From contig JBFLGF010000032.1 in the NCBI GenBank assembly GCA_050230475.1, forward strand, positions 62,001-94,187: a stretch of DNA of 32,187 nt. The letters run 5' to 3'. The DNA comes from Ancylonema sp. Lineage: Eukaryota. Below, piece after piece: positions 11,517 to 23,844 of this stretch. The position numbers and the translations under genes are program-made. Below the pieces are notes generated by a model. It had not been told where the DNA came from and did no database searches. It was given only the letters and a program-made list of their open reading frames with translations. The stretch's first letter is position 1. The number at the start of each line of letters is the position of its first letter.

Positions 11517-11735
11517 AGGGGGGGGGAGTTGAAACATTTGGTGATGTATGATGGATGATTGATGGATAAAGACTTGTGAAGTATAAGGAAGTTGTGTTGG
11601 GGCCCAAAGGGGTAATAAGCTTGAGGAGTTGTAAAAAGACAAGTAGATAACACCAAAACTAGGAGTTTTGGGTGTATAATATACTGTGAGATGGTGTAGT
11701 TATCTTTGCTAGTAACGATCCTACTCGATACGACA
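11517..11735 (+). mobile_element. Polypurine tract and start of a 3' LTR (TG at 11530; end uncertain)
   Basis: AGGGGGGGGGAGT|TG lies ~125 bp after the integrase stop, the same arrangement as at 5141. The following sequence does not resemble 5153 onward. Confidence 0.55.
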
Positions 11736-12616
11736 AACTATTGGTACTGAAGGGCGTGCTCGTACTGGCTGAGGAGGCTGCACCATGGCTAGAGGAGGTG
11801 GAGGCTCAACATCAAACGACTGCGGAGTAGACGGCAAAGGGCTGGCCAAAGGCTGTCTGGCTAGACACTCTCCAAAACGGTTGCCGCTGATTGCATCCGC
11901 CTCCACGATCACTGATCCATGGCTGCATCCCATACCACGCGTGATCCAACTGCGTCCCTAGCTACGACTCTTGCAGATTGGCGAAGGGTTGCGTCCTCTG
12001 CAGAATGGTGGTCGCTGAGGATGGAGAGGGGAGGCTGGCGCTGAAGCGGCTGCAGGTGACTTCCAAGGGGGTACAACCCAAGGCTTTGAGGCTCGGGGTG
12101 GACGCCAATTACTCGGGCCCTATTTTTAGCTCGCGGCGCCAACGAAGGGTCGTACTGTGTTAAAAAAAAATGCTTGACCCGCAATAGGATCCGTATGTGT
12201 AATAAGTTGGGGTGTCGCTATGGACGTGACAATTGTAAAATGTAGCTTGCCAGATGCTAGATGCAAAAATCGATATGCAATGATGCAAATGGGCACACAA
12301 GTGTCCAGGATAGGATGCAGATATAAACAACCCAACAACAACAAAGACTACTGGCTGTCTAAGATGCCAGATAAGATCAACACACAGTGTTTTTTTTTTT
12401 TTTTTTTGAAGTTTTGAATCCAAGTAATATAACAAGTTCACAGATTTACAGATTTCACAGATTTCTGCACAAATTACAGATTTTGCAACCTGCCAATTCT
12501 ACACGAAACATTTCTTCACAAAATTCACATAATTCTGTAAAACGACACGTAAGTTGACAACTTTCCGTTTTAGATTGTACATATAAATTGGATATTTAAT
12601 TTGTATATATAAACTT

Positions 12617-14741
12617 GGAAAAACTTAACACGCAATTTTCCTTAACATCATGCAGTTGTCAAATCGAGTACCGGCTAATAAATTGGCCGATCGAAACTTG
12701 TCGTAAAAAAGAATCGGATGACGATATTGCCACATCAGCGAAACGAAACATGAGGTTTGGTACCTTCCCTTTCCACTCAAATCGGCTTTCACTTCACCCT
12801 ATACTCCGCCAGCGAGCCATGTCATGACGCTAGAGAGCGCTAAGGCATAAACCCCTATAAATTGATAAAAAACCCTTCTAGATTAATACTCCTCTACAAC
12901 GAGAGTAATCAATACAACGATATCTAGAATTAGTACTTTGCAAATAAAAATAGTGAAGTACGATTTTGTTCGACTCGAAAATAACGCGTGGCGTATTTTC
13001 CAAAGCCTAGAATCCAGCATTTTCAACAAATAGTTGCGTGTCGATTTTTGTAAATCACAAGTCACTTTCGACTTGTCGATAATCCCGGCGATTAAATCCA
13101 GCCGTAGAACTAGAGAAATATCTCGCGCCGTTTTCATCGTAGCGTCGAGATTAAATTGTATTGTTATAGAAGCGAGCCTGTCGTTATCTTCGATAGACTA
13201 ACTCTAGTTAACTCGGCCGGTTAGCACCGCGCAACAACTTTTGATAAAAGACAAATTGTACTTTCAGATCTGCCAGCTTCCGCTATCAGATTGCGCTCTT
13301 AAGAAATTCTTCAACAATCTTTGTGTAATTCTGAATCCTGTGCAATTCTGTGTATTTGTATCCCTTCGCTTACGCGACTTCGCAACGTGCTCGTTTCCTG
13401 TCTGAGCGTGACATCCGTCATCCAGACTGTAAATTGTCCAAATTATCATTTGAAACTTGTGTGTGTGTGTGTGTGTATGTTCAATCCATCTGAATCTGTT
13501 GTTGACGCTCTTTCTGAGCCAGCCTTGTAATCGAGTGTAATTTCTTGCATCGAGTCGCTGACGCTCTCTCTGAGCCACTAAGCGTGTGTGTATGTGCTTG
13601 AATTCTGTCGATTTGCTTACGTTCGCTCCGAACCAGCACTTTCATTGGTTTTATTATCGTGTTTGCTGTCGCTCGCACCGAGCCAGCAATTGTTGTTTAC
13701 ACCTGTCTGCTGACGATTTTTCTAAGCAAGCATCTCTTATCGACGCGCCGTCGATACTTTGACTTTCGCACCTTGATAATCCGCACCAAATTACATTGTT
13801 TGTGTTACAGTATTTTCTACGACTTTAGTACTGTGGTACATCTGTCAGCTTGCCCTCAACTTTAAGTAGTGAATTTCACCAGACCGGTGAGACGTGTGAT
13901 ATATATAATATTGATATCTCAGCAGAGACTCAATTTGCAATACTACTTAGTGCGAGCAGCCAGACCACCAATCCCACTAGAGACCCTTCGACCACCTCAG
14001 ACTATCATCGATACTGGCGCAGTCAACATCATTGCCACATCACCACGAGCATTACCACATGCATCATTCTGAGAAACATCATTACAAAAGTGTCAAGTAC
14101 AACATCCCGGGCGGCCAAATCCAAACCGCACGTCAGCCTTTCACTGCGGGCTATATATCATCCGCACCCTTCAATTTATGCGATCTGCGCGAATTCGCAA
14201 CAAAAATGAAAGCGGAGATACGCTGTGTCATCCTTCTTTCAAATTATGTTATTTTAATCTTATACGACAATTTTTTGACGCTAGAATACATCACAACAAA
14301 AGAAACAGTAAAATGGTTCGAAAACGCGCGCAACCAGCATAACAAGAAGGATTAAAGTCTTTTGTTGATTTTTATATTCTGAATGTACACAAGAATGTCA
14401 TCGCAACAAATTCATCGTAAAACTTTAGAGAATGGTGGGCTTTGCACTCGATGCGGATAAATCGTGGCAGCCAAGGAAGGAAGTAAAGAAAGCGTCGCGC
14501 GTAGTATCGGGAGTGGCAGTGGGTCGGGTGACGCTTATTGACGTACAGCGGCGATTTGCCACTCGCCTATGTCGCGATAAAGCGAGATACTACCAATATC
14601 AAAGACAAAACGATTTCACTCGTGGTACCAAGAGACTACCGGGTGATTTGACGACAAGTTTCGAACGGCCAGAACACCTGCCGGTACTCGATTTGACGAC
14701 TGCATGCGGTTAATGAAAACTGTATGCTGTTAAGTTTTCCC
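12617..14741. mobile_element. Non-autonomous Mutator-like element (MULE) containing a nested LTR-like insert
   Basis: ~90-bp imperfect TIRs beginning GG(A/G)AAAACTTAACA and including GTCAAATCGAGTACCGGC and TCGAAACTTGTCGT. Perfect 9-bp TSD TATAAACTT at 12608-12616 and 14742-14750. Confidence 0.88.
12820..14135 (+). mobile_element. Probable solo LTR related to the 5153 LTR/leader
   Basis: TG...CA ends with flanks GCCA/GCCT. Shares motifs with 5750-5860 and 6470-6560. Removing it brings GCCACATCAGCGAAACGAA and CTGCGGGCT to about the spacing seen in the related MULE at 22155-22258. Confidence 0.55.
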
Positions 14742-17377
14742 TATAAACTTTCGTCGAACAACATTTTCTTATCATACGATTAACGGTTTCCGATTGGGTT
14801 GGGATTGGGTTCCGATTGATTGAATTAGATTGGAAAATGATGTACATGTACAAGAAGCAGAAAACATGGGAACCACGTTAGTGAGACCAGTCAGTACATG
14901 ACTCATGTGCGCAATGATTCAAGGACCGAGAGGCCCATACTCATTTGGGATGTGTCAGGCTCGTATGAGTTGTGAGTACTGAGCTCGTTCAATGAAGATG
15001 GGCTCGCCGACCACACATCGCGAATCATTGTTGTAGTGATGTGGACGATGGCGGTGATTAAGAGAAGTGGTGCGACATTCATGTGCAACAATGATGGCGT
15101 TACGAGTTGGCTCGTAGTCGTTTTTTCGTAACAATGTTTTACCTCTTATGGCACATGTATATAATATATAGCGAGCAGCAGGTAAAGTCAGCAATATGAG
15201 TTGCAGCCATGTGTAACAACTTACGTAAATGGTACACGACTATTCATGCAATACGTGCCCATGAAGAGCTTCATATTTTTTCATGCCCGTTTTAAATCAA
15301 ATCCACACGTTGACGAAATTACCGTAATGATACCGTTGTGAACTCGCCGTACATAATGACCAGCAAACAAGTTTAGAAAGGGTCGATTTTTTTTTTTGTT
15401 TATTATTTTTTGCGGGTGGGTAAACTCCGATTTCCGGCATAGTGGGTCAACATCACAAAAACGACTTTTATCCCCCCCCCCCTCAAAATTCACATGTGGT
15501 TGGACCCCAATCGCCCAATATTCAATCATCGTCCAGTAGCGGCCAAATCGAATTTTATTGCTATTTTTTCAATTTTTCGTACCGATTTTGAACAATCCAA
15601 CATTATCACGTGGAGTTAGGGGGGGGGGTAAGTGCATGAAAGATGTCGGACTTAAATTGTATGGATCATTTTATTTTGTGCATCACACATGACCATCAAA
15701 ATAATGTTTGTTGTAACGTTCAAGTCATGAATACATTTATGAACACCTTGGATGAGGTATGTCAACATTTACTTGTCTATTGTACCTCTTTTCATGACGA
15801 TCACCGACAAAATCTAAGAATACATTTCAAGACTGATAGTTTTGGTCCGAATCGAACACTCTGCTAGAGACCCGGAATTTTGACCCGACAACTCCCTCCG
15901 CTCTTTTCACCCGAGGGTTTAAGCATTTACATTACCGTGATAGGTGCGGCACTCGTGCGGTAAATATTACGCATGGTTTTAGGCTAGGTCATTTTGCCTG
16001 CCAGGTCACGATATAATATGTATTATTTACCTGGGGCATAATTTTGGGTCAGGGGAGAATCATTGAAGTTTATATGGGTCAAGTTGGTGGGTCATCCCAA
16101 TGTGTTTTTCAGTTTTGTTTTACTCGGGTCATAATGTATGAGCACTACGGAACTTAGAAAGTAGTGAGGGATTTTCTGAGCTTGCCGCGCAATTACTCAC
16201 TTCAATGACGTTTTTGACCTTTCTCCCTAGCATAGTTTATTGTCAGGTATAATTTCTATTGAAAGGGATGAGTCTACAAGATGCCGCTTAGAAGAAAAGT
16301 AAGCAAAGGAACCGCAGTTTGCTGCAGAAAAAAAAAAAAACACTTTATCAAATTCGGTCCAAACGTATTGCTTGTCATGTGTAGCACCAAATGAAAACGT
16401 CACACGATCAAATCATATGTCTTCGCTATACTTGCTCGTTGATCTATATTCGTGCACACTTAGGCCCTCTGGATATCCCTTTGGATATCTCTATATATTT
16501 GAGTAGCATGTCAATATATAACTTATATAACTTTGTGTGACGCACACCACATGCTTAAGTAATGCAACCAATCTTTCTCGATTAATTTGTTATAAAAAAT
16601 CATGCAAACTAAGTAGAATCAGAATCAGAATTGCATGCTGGTTCGTCACTTAACATCCCTATGTCTGAAATGCAGATTTCGAAACTGGGAGGGACAACAA
16701 GTTGATAAAGGACACCCTTCCCTCGTAATCCCTACCTGCCTCCATCTTGTCTCTTGCCAAGACGTTAAAAAAAGTCACTGACATTTCCAATCCCTCTCAC
16801 TAGCTCTTCAAGAAGTAAATAATCTACAAATCCACTCAACATTGTGAGAGGGGGGCATGGACTGAGTCATAACTTAGAATCCCACACGTTCTGTCTCCAC
16901 CTCCTACAAGTTTAAGTAAAGCCTCTCTCCTTCTCAGAAAGAATGCTCCTTCTGGTTCTGTGACGTATGCTGACTGATGTCTATACCTCTATACTGACTA
17001 ATATGTTGACTAATTCAGTGGAGTACATCACTCGGGTTTTCGCCTTACAGCTACAAAATATTTCTACACCTACAATTGACAAGGTTCGTAGTCCAATCAG
17101 TATTGATCTGATCTGGTGAGAGAAAAATTGATTCTCCCTCTTATTCCTTCCTTGAATGTCGGCCAAAAACAAAATAAAACCGGTCCCCAGAACGTAACGC
17201 TGTACAGAAGCAAGGTGCTCCACCCATCCCAAAACCCCCAACCCCCCAAAAAAACACCACAAAAAGGTACAAGTCACCCACGGTGGTGGGCGGTCGGCAA
17301 TCAAATCGGGGATCATGGCGTCATGAATGCTCCTCGTACGGACGTCCCCAGGACAACAGAAGGGAGAGAGAGAGTGG

Positions 17378-19405
17378 TCAAGACCGACTGCACCCGTCGT
17401 CGGCGGGCAGGATGGGGGGCATGAGTTTGGCGACCGCGTCAAACTTGGTGTGCGAGTACTTCTTGTGCACCGCCGTCAGACTCCCCTCCCCGCTCCTCTC
17501 CTGCAGGCCCACCATCATCTGCACACACCCCCTCAGCTCCGCCTCCGACAGCTGGGCGTGGCGCTGCAACGTGGGCGTCCATGCCGGCAGTATGCCAGCT
17601 GTCCGTCTGGCGGTGAGCACGGCCGCTGCCGCCACATGGGAGGGCGAGAAGTGGAGCATGGCGTAGTCGGGCAGGCAGAGCTCGGTGAGGACCCACGCCA
17701 CCTGGGTCACCTTGCGGTCTGCCTTGGCCGCCTTGAGGAGTCGGTGTGTGAATACGTAGGGGGTGGGGACGGTGAGATTGAAGTGGAGGGTGTTGAGCAT
17801 CAGCTTCTCCATCCCCAGGATCTGGTCCTTGGTGTACGCGTTGTCGGAGATGTACACGAAGTCCTTCACCTCGGGCGCCCAAATCTCTTCGTACTTGGAG
17901 GCCAGGAGCATGGCCGTCACCCCGACCAGCTGCAGGTTCTTGCGGGTAACCGTGCACAACGACAGGAAGCGGTCGATGAGGTTGGCGGTGAGGTACAGGG
18001 TCTCGGGTAGCAGCTTGAACTTGAGGTGCACCTCCACCAGCCAGTCCAGCAGACTGGCGCGCATCTTCTCGTTGATCTCCGACTGCAGGCACATGTAAGA
18101 GGACGGCACGAGGCTGGACGCCTCCGACTTGCGGTAGAAGGAGTAGATGTCTGCCACGTATTCAGCCACCGCCAGCGGATCACGGACATCCTCCGCGTCG
18201 ATCTCGTCCAACGCGTCACACGCCTCCGCATCGTGCATCTCCGCATCCATGCAACCCACAGCCTCCTGAAACAAGAGTCAGACCATAACAAAGGTCAATC
18301 ATTGCACAACAGAAGGAATGGAATCCTGGCACTTGGGCAGCACATTCACAGCTCTACAGTTCTACAGCTGTCCCATAACTTTGCAAGAAGCAAGGGATGA
18401 TGCAAGACAAGAAGCCGGATCCCACCCCACAGCAGAAGAGCACATGACAGCTGTTCCCATGACAGCTGTACAGCTGTCCATGAACGACAACCCCAAGCAG
18501 AAGGACATGCCAGGTATCCCCACCTCTGCTATGTTTGTGAGTGTGGCCGTCATCCCCTGCTCCTTGATGACAGCCTCCGCAGCCTCCTCTGTGGCAGCCT
18601 TCGCAGCGACCATGGCTGCCCGTTGCGCGCGGGTCATAATGGTGCTCGATCGCCCGCCCCCGCCCCCGCCCCCGCCCGTGCTGCCCGTTTGGGACTGGGA
18701 CTTGGTAGCAGCAGCGGGTTCACATTGACCACTCGCCGCCACTCGGACAGGCAACGAACGCTGAGGCTTCTGAAGAAAAGACAAGGAAAGGAAGGAGGTG
18801 ATGAGGAGGCGAAAGCAGGTGGTCGGAGACGTACATCATGTATAAGAATGAGGAGGAAGAGAATGCGAGAGTGCATTCCCATGCGGGTACCCCGAAGTAC
18901 ATAACCTCACGACCCTTTACACAGCGTATCCAGGACTCGTGCTACAGCTGGCTTGCGGAATGTCGTGCGTAGGGTTGAGGGAGGAGCAGATGTTCACCTT
19001 CTGGACATCTTTGCTCTGCTGGACATTGCTCAAATTTGTGCCAAAAGCTCGCCTGGGAACGCGGACACCCAGGAGACAGCTGTCAGCATATGCTATGAGC
19101 TGTCATGAGCTAACACCACACACTCTGAATGCCATTGCCATCAATCATACAAGCAGATGACCAGCGCGAAGGAAACCATGGCTTCGCAGCCACGGCATAT
19201 CTGTCAGATGAATGCCACTATGGCCTAACATGCAACCGCATGTGACTGCATCTGATACTGACCATTTGAAATCAAACTTATTTACACACAACTTACTCGG
19301 TGATGTCTTTGCCCGAACGGCCAGGAACTACTTTGTCGAGGTTACCGACGTCCGCGAGTGCACGTCTGCCTCCGGCATTGTTGGCTGCGCGAAGTCCAAG
19401 AGCTC
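17378..19405 (-). CDS. CYCB: B-type mitotic cyclin, multi-exon. Supported exons: 19405-19297, 19052-18998, 18769-18524, 18265-17378. Start codon further upstream (candidate ATG 19789, mini-exon 19789-19783).
   Basis: Destruction box RRALADVGN. Cyclin box MRASLLDWLVEVHLKFKLLPETLYL...QLVGVTAMLLASKYEEIWAP...FNLTVPTPYVF. GT-AG sites have compatible phases, GC3 is high, and no lesions were seen. An additional small exon near 19160-19200 cannot be excluded. Confidence 0.93.
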
Positions 19406-20229
19406 CTGCCAGATGATAAACAGCACATGAAACCACATGAATAAGACATCCTGGCCTAAGTTTCGTGGACCATACATAGAGACTTGGTGACCGTCAAGAT
19501 CAAGAACATGCCACCCAGTAAGACTATCCAGCGATGTTCTCATTTAATGAGTGTGTCAACTTCCTTTCGTCCACAACGCAACCAACACTGTTGCTCTTTC
19601 TAGATTGCAAATGGTTGATGGATAGTCACTGGAAAAACCTCGTGCAGCTCATCAGCTTACAAGCTGATGTGTAGAGTCACACTATCTAGATCAGACAGGC
19701 CACAGCTGTTCGACAAACAAATCAAAGCTGCCATCATGAAAAAATACGCATGCTACATCCCACTCGAGGCAGTCATCCTCACCTGTCATAGCAGCTATGC
19801 TTTCCGTCACTTGCTACAGCTCATTCGGGGATGGGTGATTCTGCTGCATTTGGAAACTTCCTGCATGGGCTATGCTGAATATATCCTTGCATGTCAGATG
19901 GGTCGAACGGCATGGAGGAATGTTCTCGGCAGTTGAGACCCGTTGACGTCCGTTCCGTTCAGCGAGCTCAGAGCCCATGCCCTCGCTTTTTGTGTGCTAC
20001 AGTGCGTGACACGTGGAGCAGGTGCAAGAAACAACGATCGGTAATATCGGGGATAACAGAAATTAGGCCTTAATTCACCCTCCGCTGGTTTATGCATCTA
20101 CAAATTCGTAATAACTCGCTACTCCTAAGTTGCTAAAAACTCTAGCCGTCAGCTCGTGAGGTCGCGAGCCCGCGAGCTCTGAGCCTGCATGTCTTCGCTG
20201 ATATCACTGAGAACTCTTGAGTTGGCCAC

Positions 20230-20660
20230 GCACCGTTCGCGACATTTGCGCGCGCAGGTGGCGCGCTTGCGGATGCCCTGCAAGAATGCGAGTGCGGCGC
20301 GCCAGCCACGCCGGGACAAATTCAATTCCAGGCGTCCTGAGCCCAACGAAACCCTTTGGGATCCGAGCTCCGCCAGAGTCGAACCCAAGCTGCGACAGAC
20401 TCGGAATATTTCCGAGTCCCGGAAGTCCGGAATTTCCAGTGATGCACCGGGCCGGGCGGGGCCGGGGCCCGTTTTCTGTACGGCACGTTTTCCGGACGGG
20501 GCCGAGGGCAATCTGCCGGCCCTGGCAAATGCAAACGGCGTACGGATTTGCCCGCAAACGTCCGGAATACGGCCGTGAAATGCGGCAAACGGGTACGGAC
20601 TGTACGGATGCAAACGTTTGCGTCCGTACATTCCGTATATGTCCGTACATTTCCGTACTA
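20230..20660 (-). promoter_or_regulatory. GC-rich putative cyclin B promoter region with AACGG (MSA-core-like) motifs and a 30-bp palindrome
   Basis: AACGG/CCGTT at 20233, 20469, 20534 and 20588. Palindrome TGTACGGATGCAAACGTTTGCGTCCGTACA at 20601-20630. Located upstream of the minus-strand cyclin gene. Confidence 0.35.
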
Positions 20661-21970
20661 ATGACTCCGGATTTAACAAGAAGTGGCACAGCCACTAGAC
20701 TTAGCTCTCGATTATTCTCGTTATCAATTCGTTACATCGGTTGTAATCCGTATATGTTAAGCTAGTTTGAGTTGAGTAGTATTATTGGTTTTGGCTTGAT
20801 TTTAGAAATGTATTTTTGGTTCGAGTTACTCTGTTTTAGACTTAGTTTTCCACCAAACCTACAAACTAAATTGTCTTCAACACATTAGATGATAATGCCT
20901 TAGTAAAACCGCGTGACAAACATCGGTATGGCAAATGGCTTGTTTGTTTTACTTTGTGGTATTTGTTTTTAATGTACATATATATATTTTTTAAGTTTTT
21001 TAACATTTTTTATGAAACCAACATCAAATGGTTCATGTACAACTGATGATTGATAATGATGATGATGCTTCAAGGTTGATGTATTTCTTCGACATGATTT
21101 TTCGTTTTGGTGATTTTTTTGTTTTTTTTTTTTTGGAGAATAATTGTTGTGGAGTATGTTGTTTTTCTTTATATGTAATCAGATTTATCTTGGCCTTCCG
21201 CAATCTTGGCGCGACGGAAAAGAACGTGCGAAAGAGGCCAAGCATGTAGGAGCGGTATTGCTCGATGTTTGTTTAGCTCTAGTCATAGTGTGTTGTAGGA
21301 GGCAACATACATTGTTGTTAGAAGCCTAACTTTGTTCTTAATTGTGTGAACCACATATTCGCTATTGAATACAATTGGTTTGTCATTTTATTTATTTTTG
21401 TTGTTTTTATTGTTTTCGGAAGCAAAATATATTGTTCTTGTGTGTCCAGCCACTAGAATTAGATTTCGTATTGAATTCGTTATCAATTCGTTGTACCGGT
21501 TGTTTTTTATTTTTTCTATTGTTGACTAGTGTTAAGAAGCATTTTTTTTATTCGTATGAGGTGTTTTTTCGCTTGTTGTTTAATTTGCTAGTTGTATATT
21601 GGATACTGATATTTCCATCCATTCCAGGTATTGTTTTTTTTTTTTTTAATATCTCGCTCTACACATTCAAGGATATGTACCAAGAATAACTAGGCAACTA
21701 GTCAACTTCTTTTGTAGTTTATCTTTAATTTATCTTAGATGTACGTGTCATTGTTTACTTGTTTTACAAGGCATATTACTTTACCTGTATTTTATTTTTC
21801 ATTTTGATGGTTGTTCATTGTGTTGTTGTGGTATCGTTGTGTTATTTTGATGTATGTGAAGAATAACTATTATTGTTGTTGTTGGGTTGATTCAGTAGAA
21901 CCAAAGTTTGCGCCACAGGTTTTGCTATTTTGCCTTCGGCGCTCTTGTTGGTCAATGCCGTTTGGTTTTA

Positions 21971-22802
21971 GGGTCGTGTTATTGGCACTCCACCAAAAAC
22001 AATATTCGCACTCCAGGTGCAAGATTTACAGGTTTCGCCACTGCCGTACGTTAAATATTCGCTGTACGCAAACAATTAACCCGGTCCACGCTATGACGAG
22101 TACTGCGCATCCACTTGCAGCAATTTCCGTTGTAACTTTTCAGCACGTGTGCGTGCCACATCAGCGAAACGAAGAGAAATGTCTGGTAGCCTCCTCTCCC
22201 ACGCGTTTTCGGCCACTACAGCACCCCGTCTCTGTCTGCGTAACTTTCTCTGCGGGCTGTAGTCATCCGCAATATACGATTTATCCGCTCTTTGCCGATT
22301 CAAATCCAAACTAAGATCGGAGATGTCCTCTGCGATTCTGGCGTAAGTAGCTTCAACTTATGCGTTACGGCACAAACTTTTACAATCAGAATAGTAAGAA
22401 ATTGAAGAATTTGTCTTTCAAGCGAAAACGTATGCGAAGAATACAATTTTTTATTTTTTATTTGGTTTTTTTTATTACTGATTACTCTTTCAAGTCATAG
22501 CAACCGATCCATCGTAAATTTTATGAGAATAGAGATGCATGCACGCGATGCGATTCATTCGTGGCAGCGATTCAGCGACGTGGGTCGTGAACCACGCAGT
22601 AGCGGGATATGAACCACACGATATTTAATATGTGTTTTATATCGGATACTCATCGGGCAGCCGTGTAGTATGGGGAGAGACAGTGAGATCAATGGATTTG
22701 TTCGCGTTACAGCTTCACTTTATCGATTGACTGTGGCAAAACTGTAAAACTTGCGCCTGGAGTGCGAATAGTGTTTTTGGTGGAGTGCCAATAACACTAC
22801 CC
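21971..22802. mobile_element. 832-bp non-autonomous MULE
   Basis: ~70-bp TIR GGGT(C/A)GTGTTATTGGCACTCCACCAAAAACA... Perfect 9-bp TSD TTGGTTTTA at 21962-21970 and 22803-22811. Confidence 0.92.
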
Positions 22803-22812
22803 TTGGTTTTAA

Positions 22813-23562
22813 GGGTACGGTTAGAAACAAACTCGCTTTTTGTTAGAAACAAGCTGGCGAAACTCATTCTCGCTTGTTGCTTGTAATTCTCGATCCGCCT
22901 CCATAATGCCGCTATAAAGCAAAACAATGTCACTTGGGCCTGCGGCCTCTCCCGCTTCTACGCACTCCCCCCTCTCCTGCTCCCTCCCTACCTCCCTCCC
23001 TCCTGCTCCCTCCCTCTGCCAGCGTTCCTTCACTGTCGCCTACGATCTATCCGATCTCAATCCATTTTTCTTCATTTCGACAGCGGAAAGGCGCATAATA
23101 TTTCTCTCAAAATTATCTCTCAGAAACATCCAACATCTCAAATTTTAAAGGAAAATTCAATTCACAGCGTCGGATATACGCAACTGACCCCGAAAATGCG
23201 CGAGCAGTCATAAATTCCGAATTTTCCGATTCAATGTCACTGTTTAATTTTTTCAGAAGGTAGAGAATTACTTCAGCTATCGACCTGTCCAAATTTTAGA
23301 AGAATTGGTGAACAATACACTTGATGCGGATAAATCGTGTCACCGCGACCCGAATGGGCGAGGTCGCGATGTGTTCAGGAAGGGGCTTACCCCGTTATTT
23401 CGACTTTTCGTACGTAGAATCGGGAGAGGCCGTGGGCCCTAGTGACAGTGTTTCGCTTTATAGCGGCATTACGGAGGCGGATCGAGAATTACAAGCAACA
23501 AGCGAGAATTAGTTTCGCCAGCTTGTTTCTAACAAAAAGCGAGCTTGTTTCTAACTGTACCC
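22813..23562. mobile_element. 750-bp non-autonomous MULE
   Basis: ~150-bp TIR GGGTAC(G/A)GTTAGAAACAA... Perfect 9-bp TSD TGGTTTTAA at 22804-22812 and 23563-23571. Confidence 0.93.
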
Positions 23563-23844
23563 TGGTTTTAATGATGAAGGCGCAGGCACTTACGCGCCAG
23601 TATTAATTGGCGCTTGGCGCATGTATTTCGAGCGGAAATGCTTCTTGTCTGCAGGGCAGTTAAACGTCCTGGTCACTGCGCATTATTTAATTTTATTATT
23701 GTTTCTTGTCATTGCATTTGCTGTATTGTACTGCGATTTGTTTCATGTTGCGTACCTTCCGTGCCTTTAGACGAGATTTTCTTTGGAATCCATAATTGTT
23801 TTGATTTTTTAACAATGTGGTCAAATACTCGAATATTCGACTAT

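Noticed and set aside
11740..12140. GC-rich, coding-looking stretch after the second LTR start
   Set aside because: No frame gives a recognisable motif.
15617..15640. Third PPT-like G run
   Set aside because: No pol sequence upstream and no LTR evidence downstream.
15865..16128. hAT-like MITE with TGACCC/GGGTCA repeats
   Set aside because: Ends match only partly and the flanks show no TSD.
17283..18400. Several long overlapping ORFs on both strands
   Set aside because: Shadow frames of the GC-rich cyclin exon.
20149..20765. 130-180 aa ORFs in several frames
   Set aside because: GC-rich repetitive upstream DNA with no recognisable domain.
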